Shown: positions 27,621 through 37,314 of the stretch, piece by piece
Layout of the letters: the number at the start of each line of letters is the position of its first letter
Numbering within the stretch: position 1 is the stretch's first letter
NCBI GenBank assembly: GCA_002418265.1
Contig: DIDS01000032.1
Span: forward strand, 76,396 to 140,395
DNA from: Acidimicrobiia bacterium UBA5794
Lineage (GTDB): Bacteria; Actinomycetota; Acidimicrobiia; Spongiisociales; UBA5794
Length of the DNA stretch: 64,000 bases
Reading direction: 5' to 3'
Position numbers and translations under genes: made by a program
The notes under the pieces: model-generated
The model's database searches: none
Seen by the model: only the letters and a program-made list of their open reading frames with translations
What the model was told of the DNA's origin: nothing

Positions 27621-28660
27621 CGGTGTTCATCGAAGCCGCCATCAAGGTTGCCGTAGCGTTCGTGTTCATCATGTTGACAACCCTCGTCCTCGTCTGGGCA
27701 GAGCGGAAGTGGGTATCGGATCTCCAGAACCGCATCGGACCCGATCGTGCCGGTCCTTTTGGAATTCTTCAGACCCTCGCCGATGGCTTGAAGGCGTTCT
27801 TCAAGGAATCCATCAGGCCGACACAATCCATATATTTGTTGTACCTCGTTGCCCCGATCGCCGCCCTCATACCGGCACTTTTGATCTTCCTCGTCATCCC
27901 GATCGGTGCGCCAATCGAGATCGGGGGAACAACGTACACACTTCAGGTGATGGACCTCAACATTGGACTGCTTTATGTGCTCGCTGTGTCGTCCCTTGCC
28001 GTGTACGCCATCACGCTTGCCGGATGGTCGTCCGGATCGAAGTACCCGCTTCTTGGCGCGGTCCGTGCTTCTGCCCAGATGATCTCATATGAGGCTGCAA
28101 TGGGACTCGCCCTCGTTCCCGTGGTTCTGTTGACGAGTACGACATCGATTGCAGGGATTGTCGATGCCCAGCAAGGAACCTTCGGATCGTTCATCCCGGC
28201 ATGGAACATCGTCCTGATCCCGTCATTCATCATCTTCCTCATTGCAGGCTTCGCCGAGACCAACCGGCCTCCGTTCGACCTTGTCGAGGCGGAGTCCGAG
28301 ATCGTCGGCTACCACACCGAGTATTCGGGCTTCGCTTTCGCATTGTTCTTCCTCGCGGAGTACATCAACGTCTTCAACATGTCAGCCCTCACCGTCACAC
28401 TCTTTCTCGGAGGCTGGGCTGGTCCTGTTCCATCATTTCTCCCGACCTGGATCCAGTGGCTCGTTCCCGTCTTTTGGTTCCTGCTCAAGACCTGGGCCTT
28501 TGTGTTCCTGTTCGTATGGGTCAGGGCAACGCTTCCACGCATGCGATACGACAAGCTGATGACATTCGGATGGAAGCGGCTCATCCCCGTGTCACTGGCG
28601 TGGATCATCCTCTGCGCGGTGGCAATCGGCTTCCGAGAATTTGGAGCGCCGTGGTCATGA
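27617..28660 (+). CDS. nuoH: NADH-quinone oxidoreductase subunit H
   Basis: RIGPDRAG, QMISYE, AETNRPPFDLVEAESE, PRMRYD. Confidence 0.97.
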   Translation: MTVFIEAAIKVAVAFVFIMLTTLVLVWAERKWVSDLQNRIGPDRAGPFGILQTLADGLKAFFKESIRPTQSIYLLYLVAPIAALIPALLIFLVIPIGAPIEIGGTTYTLQVMDLNIGLLYVLAVSSLAVYAITLAGWSSGSKYPLLGAVRASAQMISYEAAMGLALVPVVLLTSTTSIAGIVDAQQGTFGSFIPAWNIVLIPSFIIFLIAGFAETNRPPFDLVEAESEIVGYHTEYSGFAFALFFLAEYINVFNMSALTVTLFLGGWAGPVPSFLPTWIQWLVPVFWFLLKTWAFVFLFVWVRATLPRMRYDKLMTFGWKRLIPVSLAWIILCAVAIGFREFGAPWS

Positions 28661-28670
28661 GGAGGCAGAA

Positions 28671-29321
28671 ATGAGTTGGCTCAGTGATCTTCTCGGTCCA
28701 TTGAAGGGGTTCCTCGTTCCGTTGCGTCAGATCCGCAAGGGGCCTGTGACCAGGAAATATCCACAGGTGAAACGAGTCAAGCCCCAACGGTTCCACGGTC
28801 GCCACACCCTCAATCGGTACCCGAACGGGATGGAGAAATGCATCGGCTGTGAGCTCTGTGCAGGCGTGTGCCCGGCGAATTGCATCTATGTGCGTGGCAA
28901 GGACAACCCACCTGACAATCCCGTGAGCCCGGGTGAACGGTGGGGATTCGTCTACGAAATCAACATGTTGCGTTGCATCTTCTGCGCGATGTGTGTTGAG
29001 GCATGTCCCACCCAGGCGATCACGATGACGCACCTGTTCGAGATGTCCGTCACCAACCGCGACGATGCCATCTACACGAGGACAGAGCTGCTCGTGGATC
29101 GTGACGGGACACCGAACTATCCCCCGCACGAAGACAGTCCTCTGACCAACCTTGAGGAACTGAGAAAGGGCGACGGATGGATGCGTGCGACGTCGCCATC
29201 GGGACGCAGGGAGTATGAGGGGATCGTCGCGTGGACCCCTTCCGCCCGAACGGGTGAGCTGCCAGCCGAGCGTGGCCAATCGTCTGGAACGCCGCAGGTC
29301 TCGGAGGATGCGGATGGCTGA
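28671..29321 (+). CDS. nuoI: NADH-quinone oxidoreductase subunit I
   Basis: CIGCELCAGVCP and CIFCAMCVEACP; GGAGG RBS. Confidence 0.95.
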   Translation: MSWLSDLLGPLKGFLVPLRQIRKGPVTRKYPQVKRVKPQRFHGRHTLNRYPNGMEKCIGCELCAGVCPANCIYVRGKDNPPDNPVSPGERWGFVYEINMLRCIFCAMCVEACPTQAITMTHLFEMSVTNRDDAIYTRTELLVDRDGTPNYPPHEDSPLTNLEELRKGDGWMRATSPSGRREYEGIVAWTPSARTGELPAERGQSSGTPQVSEDADG

Positions 29322-29844
29322 GGTCATCGTGTTCATCATCTTCGCCATGGTCGCTCTCATCGGTGGGATCACCATCTTGGTCGCACCGGATCCTGTGTAC
29401 TCAGCGATCGGATTGCTTGCAGCGATGTTTTCTCTTGCTGTCATGTACGTGCTCCTTGATGCCCACCTCGTTGCTGTTATCCAGGTGATCATCTATGCCG
29501 GTGCCGTGATGACGCTGTTCCTGTTCGTGATCATGCTCATCGGCGTGGACACGACGGACAAATACGGCATCGTCGCACCGGCACAGCGGATCATGACCAC
29601 CGTGGTGGCCCTTGGGCTCTTCGTGGCCATTCTTCTCGCGGGTCGAAGCGCCTGGATCACCGGAACAAATCTGTTCGGAACACCCGACCTCAATGGAACC
29701 ATCGAGAACGTGGCTGACGAACTCTTCGGCACCTGGACGATCGTGTTCCTTTCGACCGTGCTGCTTCTGACCATTGCCGCACTCGGAACGATCGCCCTTG
29801 CCTATTTCGGGAACGAAGTCGAAGACGAGGAGGCGACCCTGTAA
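29314..29844 (+). CDS. nuoJ: NADH-quinone oxidoreductase subunit J
   Basis: [19 protein letters not shown]. Confidence 0.95.
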   Translation: MAEVIVFIIFAMVALIGGITILVAPDPVYSAIGLLAAMFSLAVMYVLLDAHLVAVIQVIIYAGAVMTLFLFVIMLIGVDTTDKYGIVAPAQRIMTTVVALGLFVAILLAGRSAWITGTNLFGTPDLNGTIENVADELFGTWTIVFLSTVLLLTIAALGTIALAYFGNEVEDEEATL

Positions 29845-30158
29845 TGGACGGTCTCGAAGTCACGGCATCGTGGTATCTCATCCTTGCCGCAGCGCTGTTC
29901 GCCATCGGTGTCGCTGGCGTGGTGGTTCGCCGCAACGCCCTTGTGATGTTCATGTCGATCGAGTTGATGCTCAACAGCGTCAACCTCACGTTCGTGGCCG
30001 TCAGCAAAGATCTCGGGTTGATAGAAGGTCAGGTTGCTTCGCTGTTCGTGATGGTCGTTGCCGCAGCTGAAGTAACGGTCGGCCTCGCGATCATTGTTGC
30101 AGTCTTCAGGAAGCGCTCAAGCGCCAATGTGGACGAACTCGCAGAGTTGAAGGGCTGA
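29844..30158 (+). CDS. nuoK: NADH-quinone oxidoreductase subunit K
   Basis: RRN...[16 protein letters not shown]. Confidence 0.97.
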   Translation: MDGLEVTASWYLILAAALFAIGVAGVVVRRNALVMFMSIELMLNSVNLTFVAVSKDLGLIEGQVASLFVMVVAAAEVTVGLAIIVAVFRKRSSANVDELAELKG

Positions 30159-30160
30159 CC

Positions 30161-32032
30161 ATGACTGATCTCTTGTGGCTCGTCATCGCCATCCCACTCG
30201 CCATGGCCACGATCAACATCCTCATTGGTCGCAGATTGGGTGAACCCCTTTCGGGCATCCTTGCCACCGTGGCTGTCGGGGTGTCGTTCGTTCTTGCCGC
30301 CATCCCGGCAGTTGACTTCATTGCAGGAACCGGCGAACCCGTCACGATCAGGCTGTTCACCTGGATACCGACGATGGGCGTCGAGGCCGAACTGCTATGG
30401 GATCCGCTTTCGATGCTGCTGACCTTGATCGTCACGGGAGTTGGTGCCCTGATCCACCTGTACTCGATTGGGTACATGCACGGAGACGAACGATTCCCAC
30501 GGTTCTTCTCCTTCCTCAATCTGTTCATTGGCTCGATGCTGATCCTCGTGCTCGCAGCCAACTACGCCATCATGTTCATCGGGTGGGAGCTCGTGGGTCT
30601 GTGCTCATATCTCCTCATCTCATTCTGGTTCACCAAGCCAACAGCAGCGGCCGCCGGAAAGAAGGCATTCATCGTCAATCGAATCGGCGACTGGGGCTTC
30701 CTGATCGCTTTGATGCTGCTCTTTGCTTCCTTCGGTACCTTCGATTTCGGGGTGATCTTTGCCACGGCACCCGCCGTGCTCTCCGTCGGGATGGCGACAG
30801 CGATCACCTTGATGCTGTTTGCGGCAGCCACCGGTAAGTCAGCCCAGATCCCACTCTATGTGTGGCTGCCCGACGCCATGGAAGGCCCCACACCGGTTTC
30901 TGCCCTCATCCACGCCGCAACAATGGTGGCTGCCGGTGTGTTCATGATGGCGCGCTCGGCTGTCCTCTTCGAACTCGCTCCGGCCACGGGGGTGGTCGTG
31001 GCAATCGTCGGCGTGGCGACGGCGCTGCTCGCCGCGGTCATAGCGATGGCGCAGAAGGACATCAAGAAGGTGCTTGCGTACTCAACGATCAGCCAGCTCG
31101 GCTACATGGTGTTGGCCATCGGTGTCGGTGCCTACAGCGCCGGGATCTTCCACATGACAACGCATGCGTTCTTCAAGGCGTTGCTCTTCCTTGGTGCCGG
31201 ATCGGTCATCCACGCAATGGCCGGTGAGCAGGACATGCCCAAGATGGGCGGGCTCCGCAAGCTCTTGCCGATCACGTTCCTCACCATGGCTGCCGCCTGG
31301 CTCGCGATTTCGGGGATCTTCCCGTTCTCGGGCTTCTGGTCAAAGGATGAGATCCTTGCAGCGACCTTCAACGAGGGCGGTGTGTTCTACGTACTTTGGT
31401 TGGTCGGCGTCGTCGTTGCGTTGCTGACCGCCTTCTACATGACGCGTCTCATGGTCATGACGTTCTTTGGTTCCGGGCGTTGGGATGAAGGGGTTGAGCC
31501 CCACGAATCTCCCGCATCCATGACGATTCCGCTCATCGTTCTCGGATTGTTCACCGTAGGCATCGGATTCATCAACACGCCATTCCGGCTGGGATTCGAG
31601 CACTTTCTCGATCCTGCGTTCCAGGGCGTTGCCCATCCGGAAGAGATGTCAGCAGCACTCATCTGGACTCTGGCTGCTCTGACCACGGTCGTTACCCTTG
31701 GTGGGATCGCATGGGCCTGGGCCCGCTATCGCCGGTCCGAACTCCCAGCCGAGAGCGGTGTGTGGTGGAGGCGTGCGCTCGGTGGATTCTTTGTCGATGA
31801 TTTCTACGGCGACGTCATTGTTGCACCCAGTAGGGCAGCGGCTGATCTCGCGGTCACGACGGATGAAAAGGCGCTCGACGGTGTGGCCTACGGTTTGGGA
31901 TCCGGTGTCAAGTCACTTGGAACGACACTTCGACCAGTCCAGAGCGGCAAGGTGCGTTCCTATGCCGGCGTATTGGCGATCGCAGGCATCGTGTTGATCG
32001 TTGCAATGGTGATCATCGGGGGTGGGTTCTGA
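30161..32032 (+). CDS. nuoL: NADH-quinone oxidoreductase subunit L
   Basis: GKSAQIPLYVWLPDAMEGPTPVSALIHAATMV, HAFFKALLFL. Confidence 0.97.
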   Translation: MTDLLWLVIAIPLAMATINILIGRRLGEPLSGILATVAVGVSFVLAAIPAVDFIAGTGEPVTIRLFTWIPTMGVEAELLWDPLSMLLTLIVTGVGALIHLYSIGYMHGDERFPRFFSFLNLFIGSMLILVLAANYAIMFIGWELVGLCSYLLISFWFTKPTAAAAGKKAFIVNRIGDWGFLIALMLLFASFGTFDFGVIFATAPAVLSVGMATAITLMLFAAATGKSAQIPLYVWLPDAMEGPTPVSALIHAATMVAAGVFMMARSAVLFELAPATGVVVAIVGVATALLAAVIAMAQKDIKKVLAYSTISQLGYMVLAIGVGAYSAGIFHMTTHAFFKALLFLGAGSVIHAMAGEQDMPKMGGLRKLLPITFLTMAAAWLAISGIFPFSGFWSKDEILAATFNEGGVFYVLWLVGVVVALLTAFYMTRLMVMTFFGSGRWDEGVEPHESPASMTIPLIVLGLFTVGIGFINTPFRLGFEHFLDPAFQGVAHPEEMSAALIWTLAALTTVVTLGGIAWAWARYRRSELPAESGVWWRRALGGFFVDDFYGDVIVAPSRAAADLAVTTDEKALDGVAYGLGSGVKSLGTTLRPVQSGKVRSYAGVLAIAGIVLIVAMVIIGGGF

Positions 32033-33609
32033 TGCCGCTGCTCAGCTGGCTGATCGTCCTGCCGCTGCTGGGTGCCATCGTGGTTGCATTGCTGCCAGCA
32101 AGACGACCTGAAGTGGTCTTCCCTGTGGCCTTGGGGGTTTCGACTGCACCGCTGGGTCTCGCCTGCTACATCCTCTGGGTTTTCGATGCTGGAAGCCCTG
32201 GAGTGCAGTTTGGCGAATTCCATTCGATCTCTGACACGTTCGGTCTGTCGTGGACCCTGGGAATCGACGGCATATCACTGTTCATGGTTCTCCTCACGGT
32301 GATTCTGTTCACGTTGTCGATTGCCGCTTCACGGTCGATCACACACAAGACCAAAACCTACATGGCGCTCCTCCTCGTGCTTGAGGCTGCCTGCATTGGT
32401 GTCTTTCTTGCGCTCGACCTCCTCGTGTTCTTTGCATTCTTCGAGTTCGTTCTGATCCCCATGTATCTCCTCATCTTGATCTGGGGATCAGGGGATAGCT
32501 CGCGCGCGGCGTTGAAGTTTGTGCTGTTCACGGCGTTCGGTTCAGCGTTCCTTCTCGCAGGAATCATCGTACTTTCCATCTTGGCTGGAGATACGGTGGG
32601 TACGGCCTCGTCCTTCAGCTTCTTCGCAGCGCTGGCGACCGATTTGTCCGACACTGCACAATTCTGGCTGTTCCTGGCATTCGGCATCGGATTTGCAATA
32701 AAGGTCCCGATGTTCCCATTCCACACCTGGTTGCCCGATGCCCACACCCAGGCACCGACTGCGGGATCCGTTGTCCTGGCTGGCGTCCTCCTCAAGCTCG
32801 GTGCATACGGATTCATTCGTTTCAACCTGACGCTGTTTCCTGACGCCACCGTGCAGCTCGGTCTGATCCTTGCTGTGCTTGGTGTCATTGGAATCATCTA
32901 CGGCGCGGCTGCCGCAACCGTTCAACCCGACTTCAAGCGAGTGATCGCCTATTCCTCGGTGAGCCACATGGGCTTCATCCTGCTCGGTACCTTTGCCTTG
33001 ACAAGCCAAGCCCTTGGGGGCTCCATTTTCGTGATGATCAGCCATGGGCTGACCACTGGTGCCTTGTTCCTGCTCATCGGCATGATCTACGATCGGACGC
33101 ATACCCGTGTGATCGCTGATTACGGCGGCCTCGCAAAGACCATGCCCATCTACGGAGGCATCTTCCTTTTCGCGGTCTTCGCGTCGGCCGGTCTACCAAG
33201 CTTGTCCGGTTTCATCGGTGAGTTTCTGGTACTCATCGGTTCATACCTGACTCTGCCGGTCTTGGCCATCAGCGCCGGATTTGGAGTGATCCTCGCAGCC
33301 GTATATCTCCTTTGGATGTATGAGCGGATATTCCATGGTCCGGTGGTGAATCCGAAGATCGAAGCCCTCAAGGATCTCAACTTCCGTGAGATCGCAATCA
33401 TGGTTCCCCTTGTCGTGCTGATCATCGGCCTGGGCGTGTATCCCAAGCCGGTCTTGGACCGGGTACAGCCGAGCGTCGAGATCATCCTCGATCGGATTGA
33501 GGGGATTACCGGACATGAAGCACCCGAGTTCGGGCGTGACGGCGATCTGTCCGTGCAGGTCTCGGCGGACAGTGTGAACGGGACGAATCACGGGGACGGT
33601 GACGGCTGA
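32032..33609 (+). CDS. nuoM: NADH-quinone oxidoreductase subunit M
   Basis: KVPMFPFHTWLPDAH, AYSSVSHMG. Confidence 0.97.
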   Translation: MPLLSWLIVLPLLGAIVVALLPARRPEVVFPVALGVSTAPLGLACYILWVFDAGSPGVQFGEFHSISDTFGLSWTLGIDGISLFMVLLTVILFTLSIAASRSITHKTKTYMALLLVLEAACIGVFLALDLLVFFAFFEFVLIPMYLLILIWGSGDSSRAALKFVLFTAFGSAFLLAGIIVLSILAGDTVGTASSFSFFAALATDLSDTAQFWLFLAFGIGFAIKVPMFPFHTWLPDAHTQAPTAGSVVLAGVLLKLGAYGFIRFNLTLFPDATVQLGLILAVLGVIGIIYGAAAATVQPDFKRVIAYSSVSHMGFILLGTFALTSQALGGSIFVMISHGLTTGALFLLIGMIYDRTHTRVIADYGGLAKTMPIYGGIFLFAVFASAGLPSLSGFIGEFLVLIGSYLTLPVLAISAGFGVILAAVYLLWMYERIFHGPVVNPKIEALKDLNFREIAIMVPLVVLIIGLGVYPKPVLDRVQPSVEIILDRIEGITGHEAPEFGRDGDLSVQVSADSVNGTNHGDGDG

Positions 33610-35090
33610 TGGGAAACGCATCATTTATCGCTGTCGCCTTCGAAGTGGTTCTCCTTACCGGGGCCTTGGTCACCATTCTGGTCGGTGTGGTTGCAGGACG
33701 AAACCGTTCTGTGTGGGGACCGCTCGTGGGTATGTTCTTTTTGCTGTCTGCAGTAGCGGGACTCTGGCAATGGCTTGAGGTTCAGGCCGATGGTGGCGGT
33801 CTCTACTTCTCCACTCAGAACCTTCCGATCATGCGGTCGCCAATGGTTGTCATGGATGGTTTCTCCTCGTTTGCCGCGGTCATTCTCGGATTGGTCGGGT
33901 TCGTGGCATTCCTCGGATCATGGGATCTGCAAGTGCGTCTCGGCAAGCGAGCGGTCGAGTTCAGTTCGCTGATGCTGCTCGGTGTTGCGGGACTTCACAT
34001 GATGGCCGCGACCCCCAACCTGGTCGTCGTCTTCATCGGGCTTGAAACCGCATCGATCGCGTTCTACGTCCTTGCTGGCTTCACCCGCACGGTGCACGGT
34101 TCCGACGAAGCCGCCCTCAAGTATTTCCTCCTCGGGTCACTCGCATCAGCCATGTTCTTGTACGGCGTTGCCCTCACGTTCGCAGCCACAGGTTCGCTGT
34201 CGTTGTACGGTGAGAACTCGATTCTCAACTTCCTGTCGTCACACATCGTGTCGCAGCCGGGCATTCTGCTCGCCGGTATGAGCCTGATGCTGGTCGGTTT
34301 GATGTTCAAGATCTCGGCGGCACCGTTCCACCAGTGGGCACCCGACGTGTATCAGGGAGCCCCGAATGCCGCCCTCGGACTTCTGGTCGCTGGCGTCAAG
34401 ATTGCGGGTTTTGCAGCCATTGCCCGCATCTTTGTCGAGGGGATGGCGAGCCAAATCGACACATGGGCACCGATCGTGGCGGTAATTGCAACGATTTCCA
34501 TGATCGTCGGAGTCGTGATGGCGCTCGTCCAGGACGATATCAAGCGACTGCTCGCGTACTCGGGAGTCTCACATGCCGGATACATACTTACGGCAATCGT
34601 CGCGGGATCGGGTGGATATTCAGCCATGTGGTTCTATCTCGCAACCTACGCATTCATGGTGGTTGGTGCCTTCACGGTGGTGTCGATGGTCAGTGGACCA
34701 GGTTCTTCAGCGACGTCCATTGACAGCCTGAAGGGCCTTGGCAAACGAAATCCAGAAGCGGCGTGGCTGATGGCCGTGCTGATGCTCGGTATGGCAGGCA
34801 TCCCCTTCTTTACCGGGTTTGTCGGCAAGGTTCTTGCGTTCACCTCCGCGGCAAATGCCGACTACGTGTGGCTCGTTGTGATCGGCGTGGTGACCACCGT
34901 GATCGGGCTTGCGTACTACCTGCGCGTGATATTGACCATGTTCAGTTCCGATGAGGGAGTGGAGCTCGCAACCCTCGACGTGTCGATGTCGGCGAGATTC
35001 GCAGTCATCATCGGTGCAACCGTCACGGTGGTGTTCGGTGTTGTACCGTGGCCGCTCCTTGATGTCGTCAGAAACGCACTCCCGTTGTAG
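33609..35090 (+). CDS. nuoN: NADH-quinone oxidoreductase subunit N
   Basis: EAALKYF, FKISAAPFHQWAPDVYQG, KRLLAYS. Confidence 0.97.
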   Translation: MGNASFIAVAFEVVLLTGALVTILVGVVAGRNRSVWGPLVGMFFLLSAVAGLWQWLEVQADGGGLYFSTQNLPIMRSPMVVMDGFSSFAAVILGLVGFVAFLGSWDLQVRLGKRAVEFSSLMLLGVAGLHMMAATPNLVVVFIGLETASIAFYVLAGFTRTVHGSDEAALKYFLLGSLASAMFLYGVALTFAATGSLSLYGENSILNFLSSHIVSQPGILLAGMSLMLVGLMFKISAAPFHQWAPDVYQGAPNAALGLLVAGVKIAGFAAIARIFVEGMASQIDTWAPIVAVIATISMIVGVVMALVQDDIKRLLAYSGVSHAGYILTAIVAGSGGYSAMWFYLATYAFMVVGAFTVVSMVSGPGSSATSIDSLKGLGKRNPEAAWLMAVLMLGMAGIPFFTGFVGKVLAFTSAANADYVWLVVIGVVTTVIGLAYYLRVILTMFSSDEGVELATLDVSMSARFAVIIGATVTVVFGVVPWPLLDVVRNALPL

Positions 35091-36366
35091 TCGTCCAAGG
35101 CGTAGCGTCCCGTTTTTCGGGTTGGCTTTCGTCGGACTTCTTGCCGTGCTGGGGTCACTTGTCGGGTCGCTCGTTACAACAAACATCTTTGTCGTGTCGG
35201 AGAATGATCCAATCTCTGAGGATGTGTACGTCACATCGACGCGTGGTGTTGTCGATGGCGTCATCGATGGTGATCTGACAATCTTTACCGGGAATCTCGT
35301 GATCAACGGCGAGGTGACGGGCACCGTCCAGGTGTTCTCATCTGGATCGGTGACGATCAACGAAGGTGCCAAGATCGGTGGTTCCCTTCGCGGCGCCGCA
35401 CTCAATGTCACGGTCGGCGGTGAAATCGGAGCCGATGTGTTCGCGTCTGCTGCATCGGTGGTTGTCGAAGAAACGGGGACGGTGGCTCGTGATGTCATGG
35501 CATTCGGTGGCGTGGTGCGGGTTGAAGGGGACGTCGGACGCGACGTGCGGGGACGGATGATCAGGACCGTCATCGACGGAAGCGTTGGTGGAGACATTGA
35601 CGTCGCCACGCAGCGCTTTGAGGCCGGTTCGAGTGCCATGGTGGACGGCGATGTCCTGTATCGGTCTCCAACCGGGGCGTCGATCGACGACGGCGCCGAG
35701 ATTCTGGGAACCATCACCAGGCTTCCCTCTCAGAGCAATTTCGTTTACGGGGTCATTCTCACGATTGCCAACCTGGTTGGCTTCCTTGGATTCCTGTTGT
35801 CGGGTCTTGTCGTGCTGTTCGTGTTGCGTGGATCTTCAAGTCGAGCCACCGGCGCCGTGGTGACAAAGCCAATCCGGAGCTTCCTCTACGGACTGGTGGC
35901 GGTGGTGGTGGCTCCGATCGCTGTCGTCGTCCTCGCTGCGACGCTCGTGGGACTTCCTCTTGCGATCATGCTTGCCATGGCAATGGTTGCGTCGCTCATC
36001 GTTGGACCCGTGCCTGCGGTCGCGGCTCTCGGAAACCGCTTGCTGTGGAAGAAGGGCGGAATTCTTGCGGCGTTTGCGGTCGGTGCAGTTCTGTGGCGTG
36101 CCACAATCTGGCTGATCCCTGTGGTCGGCGGGGTCCTCTACGTCATCGCTCTCGTATGGGGCATCGGCGCCTGGATCATCGGTTTCGTTGAGACCCGCCG
36201 TGGTGATGAGATTCCGCTTTCTCTGCTTCCAGAGCGGCTCGTAGCTGAAGACCGGGTACCAGACGACTGGGTGCCGCCGTTGAGCCCGTCATCGGGCCTT
36301 CGGGTAGACAACCGCGTCGAGAACCTCAAGGTCGACGGTGTCCCCAACGTGGATGGCGTGGAGTGA
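35062..36366 (+). CDS. Bactofilin-like (polymer-forming cytoskeletal) beta-helix membrane protein
   Basis: N-terminal hydrophobic segment, repeated V-x-G-D-V units (GVIDGDL, GEVTGTV, GDVGRDV, GSVGGDI), C-terminal TM bundle; start uncertain. Confidence 0.7.
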   Translation: MSSETHSRCSRPRRSVPFFGLAFVGLLAVLGSLVGSLVTTNIFVVSENDPISEDVYVTSTRGVVDGVIDGDLTIFTGNLVINGEVTGTVQVFSSGSVTINEGAKIGGSLRGAALNVTVGGEIGADVFASAASVVVEETGTVARDVMAFGGVVRVEGDVGRDVRGRMIRTVIDGSVGGDIDVATQRFEAGSSAMVDGDVLYRSPTGASIDDGAEILGTITRLPSQSNFVYGVILTIANLVGFLGFLLSGLVVLFVLRGSSSRATGAVVTKPIRSFLYGLVAVVVAPIAVVVLAATLVGLPLAIMLAMAMVASLIVGPVPAVAALGNRLLWKKGGILAAFAVGAVLWRATIWLIPVVGGVLYVIALVWGIGAWIIGFVETRRGDEIPLSLLPERLVAEDRVPDDWVPPLSPSSGLRVDNRVENLKVDGVPNVDGVE

Positions 36367-37314
36367 CGACACGAGGGCCTCAACTCTGTCGGCGCTCTCG
36401 GCAAGTTCGATCTCAACCCTTTGGTCGTGCCCATAGAACTCAGTGTCGACCACACGGTGTGTGCCTGTTGGCGAAACGGTTGGACTGATCCACTCTGGTC
36501 GGATCATCACGGTCACGTCGGTCCCATCTGAGAGGTCGGTCTCGATCTCCGCGATAGAGGTCGGGATCGACCCCGACTCGACAGTACCGGAGAGAATCAA
36601 CGCATCCCCGAGGAAATGTGCAACCCATCGGTTGACTGGTACTCGATAAACGGCATCTGGTTTACCGATTTGGACGATCGCACCCTCATGCATGACCGCA
36701 ACGATGTCTGCGATCGCAAGTGCCTCTGCCTGGTCATGGGTCACGAGGACCGCGGTGACGCCAGCGGCCCGGATGATCTCCTTGATCTCCCTGCGCATGC
36801 GCTCGCGTTTGGGTGCATCAAGATTCGAGAACGGCTCGTCAAGGAGTACGACATCGGGACCGGGTGCGAGTGCGCGTGCAAGCGCGACGCGCTGCTGCTC
36901 GCCGCCCGAGAGCTCGTGCGGAAACCTCGATCCGTGCCCGCTCAACCCGACCAGTTCAAGCACTTCATCCACGCGATGCACTCGGTCGGACCCCCGTACC
37001 CCGTACCCGACGTTCTCAGCGACGGAGATATGTGGAAACAGCGCATATTCCTGGAACACCATGCCGACCCGTCGCTTCTCGGGTGGCACGTTGACCTTTC
37101 CGTCGAGGACCGGGGTGTCTCGGATCGACACCGATCCCGTGTCCACGTCCTGAAACCCAGCGATGACCCGCAGGGCCGTGGTCTTGCCACATCCGGATGG
37201 GCCCACGAGGGCGAGGAGACTTCCGGTCGGCACATCGAGCGAGAACCGGTCAAGTGCCTTGGCTTCGCCGAATGTCACGGTGACGTCGCGCACGGAGATG
37301 ACATGATCGCTCAT
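36289..37314 (-). CDS. Fe3+ ABC transporter ATP-binding protein (FbpC-like)
   Basis: GPSGCGKTT, LSGGEQQR, LLDEPF; start MSDHVI coupled to the permease stop. Confidence 0.92.
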   Translation of the reverse strand: MSDHVISVRDVTVTFGEAKALDRFSLDVPTGSLLALVGPSGCGKTTALRVIAGFQDVDTGSVSIRDTPVLDGKVNVPPEKRRVGMVFQEYALFPHISVAENVGYGVRGSDRVHRVDEVLELVGLSGHGSRFPHELSGGEQQRVALARALAPGPDVVLLDEPFSNLDAPKRERMRREIKEIIRAAGVTAVLVTHDQAEALAIADIVAVMHEGAIVQIGKPDAVYRVPVNRWVAHFLGDALILSGTVESGSIPTSIAEIETDLSDGTDVTVMIRPEWISPTVSPTGTHRVVDTEFYGHDQRVEIELAESADRVEALVSSLHAIHVGDTVDLEVLDAVVYPKAR

